Origin: Histomonas meleagridis 2922-C6/04-290x
Lineage: Eukaryota > Protista > Parabasalia
Assembly: GCA_020184695.1 (NCBI GenBank)
Contig: JAANOX010000081.1
Location: forward strand, 124,001-188,000
DNA length: 64,000 bases
Direction of reading: 5' to 3'
The position numbers and the translations under genes were made by a program. The notes below the pieces were generated by a model. That model searched no databases. It worked only from the letters and a program-made list of their open reading frames with translations, and was not told where the DNA came from. Numbering within the stretch: position 1 is the first letter of the stretch; each line of letters begins with the position of its first letter. Of this stretch, positions 60,300 to 64,000 are shown piece by piece.

Positions 60300-63200
60300 A
60301 TGATCTCCATCACGTTCAACCTCAAGTCAACCAGAGGTGGCGACACAGTTGCTTACATCACAGGCAATTGCAAGGAACTTGGTAACAACGATCCAAATAA
60401 AGCACTTCCATTAGAAGCAAACGAAGGTCCATACCAAGGTCGTATCACCGTTTCTTTCGATAAGAAGACACTCGAAGGACCAGTATATTACTCCTACTTC
60501 CTTAAACCCTCTTTTGGTGGTCTTATCCAAGAATCAGTTACAAAGCGTATCATCCCAACTGTTCTTGAACAAGGATGCATTTATGATACATTCGATGCAG
60601 CTACATCCGTCAATGATGTCCTTATTCACTTCCGTGTTAGATGCCATACTTATTATGGCCAACAATTATATGTTTGTGGTGATATCAAAGAACTTGGTGA
60701 ATGGAACATTGATGGCGCACTTCTTTTAACCTTCGATGGTAATGCAGACTATTGGAGTGGTACAATTCGTCTTCCACTTTCTAAAGATCCTCGTACAGTC
60801 AACTACAAATACATCATTGCTTCATCACACGACAACTTACAATGGGAGCCAAAGGAGAACCATAAGCTTGAACTTGGACCCACAGTTGAACCATGTCTTA
60901 TTGAAATTGCAGATCAATTCAGGTGGCATGATTCCACCCTTGATGCCTTCACCCGCTCCACCTTTGTTGATGTCATTGACAGGAGAGATCACCCAACCAA
61001 AGTACCAATTATTGAGCCTGAATATAATGAACCCGGCAAAGCCATTATTTATTTCTCTGCCTATTGTCCATATGTTCGTCATTATCAAACAGTCAAAGTT
61101 GTTGGTAGCATTCCCGAATTAGGAAATTGGGATGAACATAAAGCAATTCCACTTACAGATGGTCGTTTCCCACAATGGATGGGCAAAGTTAAAGTTGACT
61201 TACATCACTTACCATTTGAGTACAAGTATATTATCTGTGGCCCATCTAATGAGAAAGCAATTTGGGAAATGGAATCAAATCGTACATATGACGGCATCTG
61301 CACAACAGTTGTAGACTCAGATTATCCACGTTCTGTCTTCATCAATGAATGGTTTGTATGTCCAAATCGTGATCTCTTCAAAGGCCTTGGCATTTATTCA
61401 CCAGTCTTTTCATTACGTACAGATCATAGCTGTGGTATTGGGCAATACTTAGATATCAAGAAACTTGTTGACTTATGTGTCAAAGTTGGTGCCTCAATGA
61501 TCCAATTATTACCAATTAATGATACCACTGATAAAGGAGAATGGGCCGATTCATATCCATATCGCCAAGTTTCATGTTTTGCATTACATCCAATTTATAT
61601 TGACTTATTAGCAATCACTAAGTTACCACCAGAATATGAAGAAGAAATTAATAAGAAGAAATATGAATTAGAACAACAACCATGGATTGATTATCCAGAA
61701 GTCTTTAAGTTTAAGATGGAAATGTTAAAGAAGATATATAAATTAGTTGATTTAGAAAAGGATTCTAAATATCAAGAATTCATTGTTAAGAATAAGAGTT
61801 GGTTACAACCATATTCATTATATTGTTATTATCGTGACTTAAATGGTACATCTGATTATAGACAATGGAAAGAACATTCAACAATTACAATGGCAGAAAT
61901 CGAAAAGATCTGTTCAACACTTACAAAAGAACTTGAATTTACAAATTGGTTACAATATTTATGTGATGTCCAATTTAAAGAAGCACGAGAATATGCAGTA
62001 CAACATCGTGTAGCACTTAAAGGAGATTTACCAATTGGTGTCTTCTTAAACTCTGTTGAATGTTGGGCTTATCCAAAGAACTTTAGAATGGATATGTGCG
62101 CAGGTGCACCACCTGATAGTTTCTCTGGCGATGGACAAAACTGGTCATTCCCTACATATGATTGGGATTATATGGCATCTGATAACTATAGTTGGTGGAG
62201 AATGAGACTTCAACGTATGGCCGAGTTATTCCATACATTACGTGTTGATCATGTCTTAGGCTTCTTTAGGATTTGGGAAATACCACGCGCTACATGTGTT
62301 CGTGGTATGTTAGGACATTACTTCCCATGCAATCCAGTCCATATTAATGAACTTAAAGCACGCGGCCTTTATAACATTGATCGTTACATTAAGCCATATG
62401 TTAGATGGCATTTATTATGTGAGAAGTTTGGTGGAGAAGCATATGAAGTATCACAAAAGTATTTCAACTCACGTGGTGTCGATGTTGGCGATGATTACTT
62501 TGACTTTAAGCCAGAATATGATAATGAAGTTAAGATCAAGAAAGCAGTTGAAGAAATTGAAGATGAGAACAAACGTAATCATTATTACCATTGTTTAATT
62601 CAACTTGTAGGTAATGTATGTTTAATCCAAGATCAAAATGATCATAATTATTATCATGTCCGTACAGAAGTTAAAATGGAACATATCGAAGAGACACCAA
62701 ATGGTCCAATCACTTATGTCTCTTCATCATGGAATGAATTACCAGAGAATGAAAAACGTGCAATGGAAGAATTATCAATTGATTTCACATACAAACGTAA
62801 CAATGCTTTATGGGTATCAAAGGCTAATCCTAAACTTGATATCCTTAAAGATAGCACAAACATGTTAATATGTGGTGAAGACTTAGGTCAACTTACACAA
62901 GAGATTCTTGACGCATTACAATCGAAGTCTTTGTTGTCATTACGCGTACAAAGAATGTCCAAAGATCCAAATCATGACTTCGATGAAATAGAATCATATC
63001 AATACATGAGCGTATGCTGCCCATCCACACACGACTCTTCGACATTAAGAGGTTGGTGGGAAGAGAATCGTCCTCTCACTGAGAAGTATTGGCACGACCA
63101 GTTATGGAGACACGACAACTGCCCATACTTCTGCGAGCCATTCGTTGTCGAAATGATCATAAAGAAGCACTTGTGGTCACGCTCGATGTGGGCAATATTC

Positions 63201-63392
63201 TTGTTGCAGGACTTGGCCGATATGGTGGACCACTTGAGGAAGCAATCGCCACAAGACGAAAGAATTAACTACCCACCTGACCCTAACCACAAGTGGAAGT
63301 ATAGGTACCCATACACAATGGACGAATTGATTAATGATAGCGAATTTACGAATAAGCTCTTTAACTTGGCTAAGGACAGTCATAGGATTTAA
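60300..63392 (+). CDS. 4-alpha-glucanotransferase (DPE2-like, GH77) with N-terminal CBM20 domains
   Basis: Inr TCACTT at 60288, ATG at 60300; QLLPINDT, KGDLPIGV, GAPPD.FS..GQNW.FP.Y.W, LRVDHVLGFFRIW, GEDLG, STHD. Confidence 0.95.
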   Translation: MISITFNLKSTRGGDTVAYITGNCKELGNNDPNKALPLEANEGPYQGRITVSFDKKTLEGPVYYSYFLKPSFGGLIQESVTKRIIPTVLEQGCIYDTFDAATSVNDVLIHFRVRCHTYYGQQLYVCGDIKELGEWNIDGALLLTFDGNADYWSGTIRLPLSKDPRTVNYKYIIASSHDNLQWEPKENHKLELGPTVEPCLIEIADQFRWHDSTLDAFTRSTFVDVIDRRDHPTKVPIIEPEYNEPGKAIIYFSAYCPYVRHYQTVKVVGSIPELGNWDEHKAIPLTDGRFPQWMGKVKVDLHHLPFEYKYIICGPSNEKAIWEMESNRTYDGICTTVVDSDYPRSVFINEWFVCPNRDLFKGLGIYSPVFSLRTDHSCGIGQYLDIKKLVDLCVKVGASMIQLLPINDTTDKGEWADSYPYRQVSCFALHPIYIDLLAITKLPPEYEEEINKKKYELEQQPWIDYPEVFKFKMEMLKKIYKLVDLEKDSKYQEFIVKNKSWLQPYSLYCYYRDLNGTSDYRQWKEHSTITMAEIEKICSTLTKELEFTNWLQYLCDVQFKEAREYAVQHRVALKGDLPIGVFLNSVECWAYPKNFRMDMCAGAPPDSFSGDGQNWSFPTYDWDYMASDNYSWWRMRLQRMAELFHTLRVDHVLGFFRIWEIPRATCVRGMLGHYFPCNPVHINELKARGLYNIDRYIKPYVRWHLLCEKFGGEAYEVSQKYFNSRGVDVGDDYFDFKPEYDNEVKIKKAVEEIEDENKRNHYYHCLIQLVGNVCLIQDQNDHNYYHVRTEVKMEHIEETPNGPITYVSSSWNELPENEKRAMEELSIDFTYKRNNALWVSKANPKLDILKDSTNMLICGEDLGQLTQEILDALQSKSLLSLRVQRMSKDPNHDFDEIESYQYMSVCCPSTHDSSTLRGWWEENRPLTEKYWHDQLWRHDNCPYFCEPFVVEMIIKKHLWSRSMWAIFLLQDLADMVDHLRKQSPQDERINYPPDPNHKWKYRYPYTMDELINDSEFTNKLFNLAKDSHRI

Positions 63393-63451
63393 GTAAAAAT
63401 TAACTCCTAAGTCAAAGTTTTCATTTGGCTGCAAACTTTTTGTAGATTCTT

Positions 63452-63685
63452 GTGAGGAATGAAAATCATTTTCGATGTGCAACGAAGCGGAGTCAATACT
63501 TCGGCGAAGGTCAAAAAATATTAAAAGATGATCCAAACCCATCAGTGAGATTACAGTTAATATTAACTCTATCTAAGTTTAAAATGCGTAAAGAAATTGA
63601 ACAACTTTATGAATTCTTGAAATTCGATCCTTATCCTCAAGTGCTTCAACAATTAGCATTTCATATGTGGTTAATGAGCACATAG
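63452..63685 (+). pseudogene. HEAT-repeat fragment
   Basis: LKDDPNPSVRLQL and LKFDPYPQV are HEAT-like; no in-frame ATG before them. Confidence 0.3.
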
Positions 63686-63773
63686 AAAAAATTGAATTAA
63701 AAATACGTTGATTGGGGTGCCTCAAAAAGAGCGGTGGACGATCAAATGTGATTCAATTCTCCATGACCAGAAA

Positions 63774-64000
63774 ATGGATTTCAGATTTTCTTTTGCTGAA
63801 GGACAGTTAAAAAGAATTGAAGAAGCAGCAAAAGAAGCAGGTGCACCAAGAGAGTCATTTGAAGAATTATTTTCTTGGGTTCAAAATTTGAAAAATGATT
63901 CTTTCCATTCAATTAATGAATTATTTGGTTGTCTCCATAAAATATATGAAATATTAAATACGTATAAGGAACCACCTGTTAACGCTTTAAATGAAAGTGA
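63774..64000 (+). CDS. 5' part of a hypothetical protein running off the right edge
   Basis: ATG at 63774, open to the window end (MDFRFSFAEGQLKRIEEAAKEAG...). Confidence 0.55.
   Translation, partial: MDFRFSFAEGQLKRIEEAAKEAGAPRESFEELFSWVQNLKNDSFHSINELFGCLHKIYEILNTYKEPPVNALNES

Noticed and set aside
1-64000. Transposable elements (Maverick, Mutator, Kolobok, Tc1) and the many short antisense or alternative-frame ORFs
   Set aside because: No transposase, integrase, polymerase or long terminal repeats were recognised. The short ORFs overlap well-supported genes and lack motifs.

Overview
AT-rich, gene-dense eukaryotic DNA from a parabasalid protist. Evidence: trichomonad-type TCAYT(T/A) Inr and AAAGTGAC promoter motifs, an IBP39-like gene, BspA-like and DUF3447-ankyrin families, and an intron ending in ACTAACACATAG. 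Histomonas-like identity is my inference. About 35 intronless protein genes lie here: UGGT (runs off the left edge), small GTPases (Arf, Rab, Rho), kinases and pseudokinases, BEACH, PPP phosphatase, CTL and DASS transporters, RanBP1, Nup155-like, LZIC, Beclin-like, CapZ-beta, Fe-ADH, PgsA and a GH77 4-alpha-glucanotransferase, plus one tRNA-Leu(TAA). Two signals are not explained by the ORF track. (1) Four dispersed ankyrin-repeat arrays (15.5-16.7, 39.0-39.5, 52.8-53.3, 54.6-54.9 kb) whose repeats are separated by a conserved, length-fixed spacer at the same codon position: 80 nt in six cases and 63 nt in three. The spacer has a dyad core and lacks canonical parabasalid splice signals. (2) A 57-nt box C/D snoRNA with an 18S-complementary guide, sitting in a canonical 93-nt intron of an apparently non-coding host transcript (4.7-4.9 kb). 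Also seen: a ribosomal protein S9 fragment joined to one ankyrin array, a surface-protein gene lacking an in-frame ATG, and a GC rise near CDS 3' ends. All protein assignments come from recalled motifs, not database searches.
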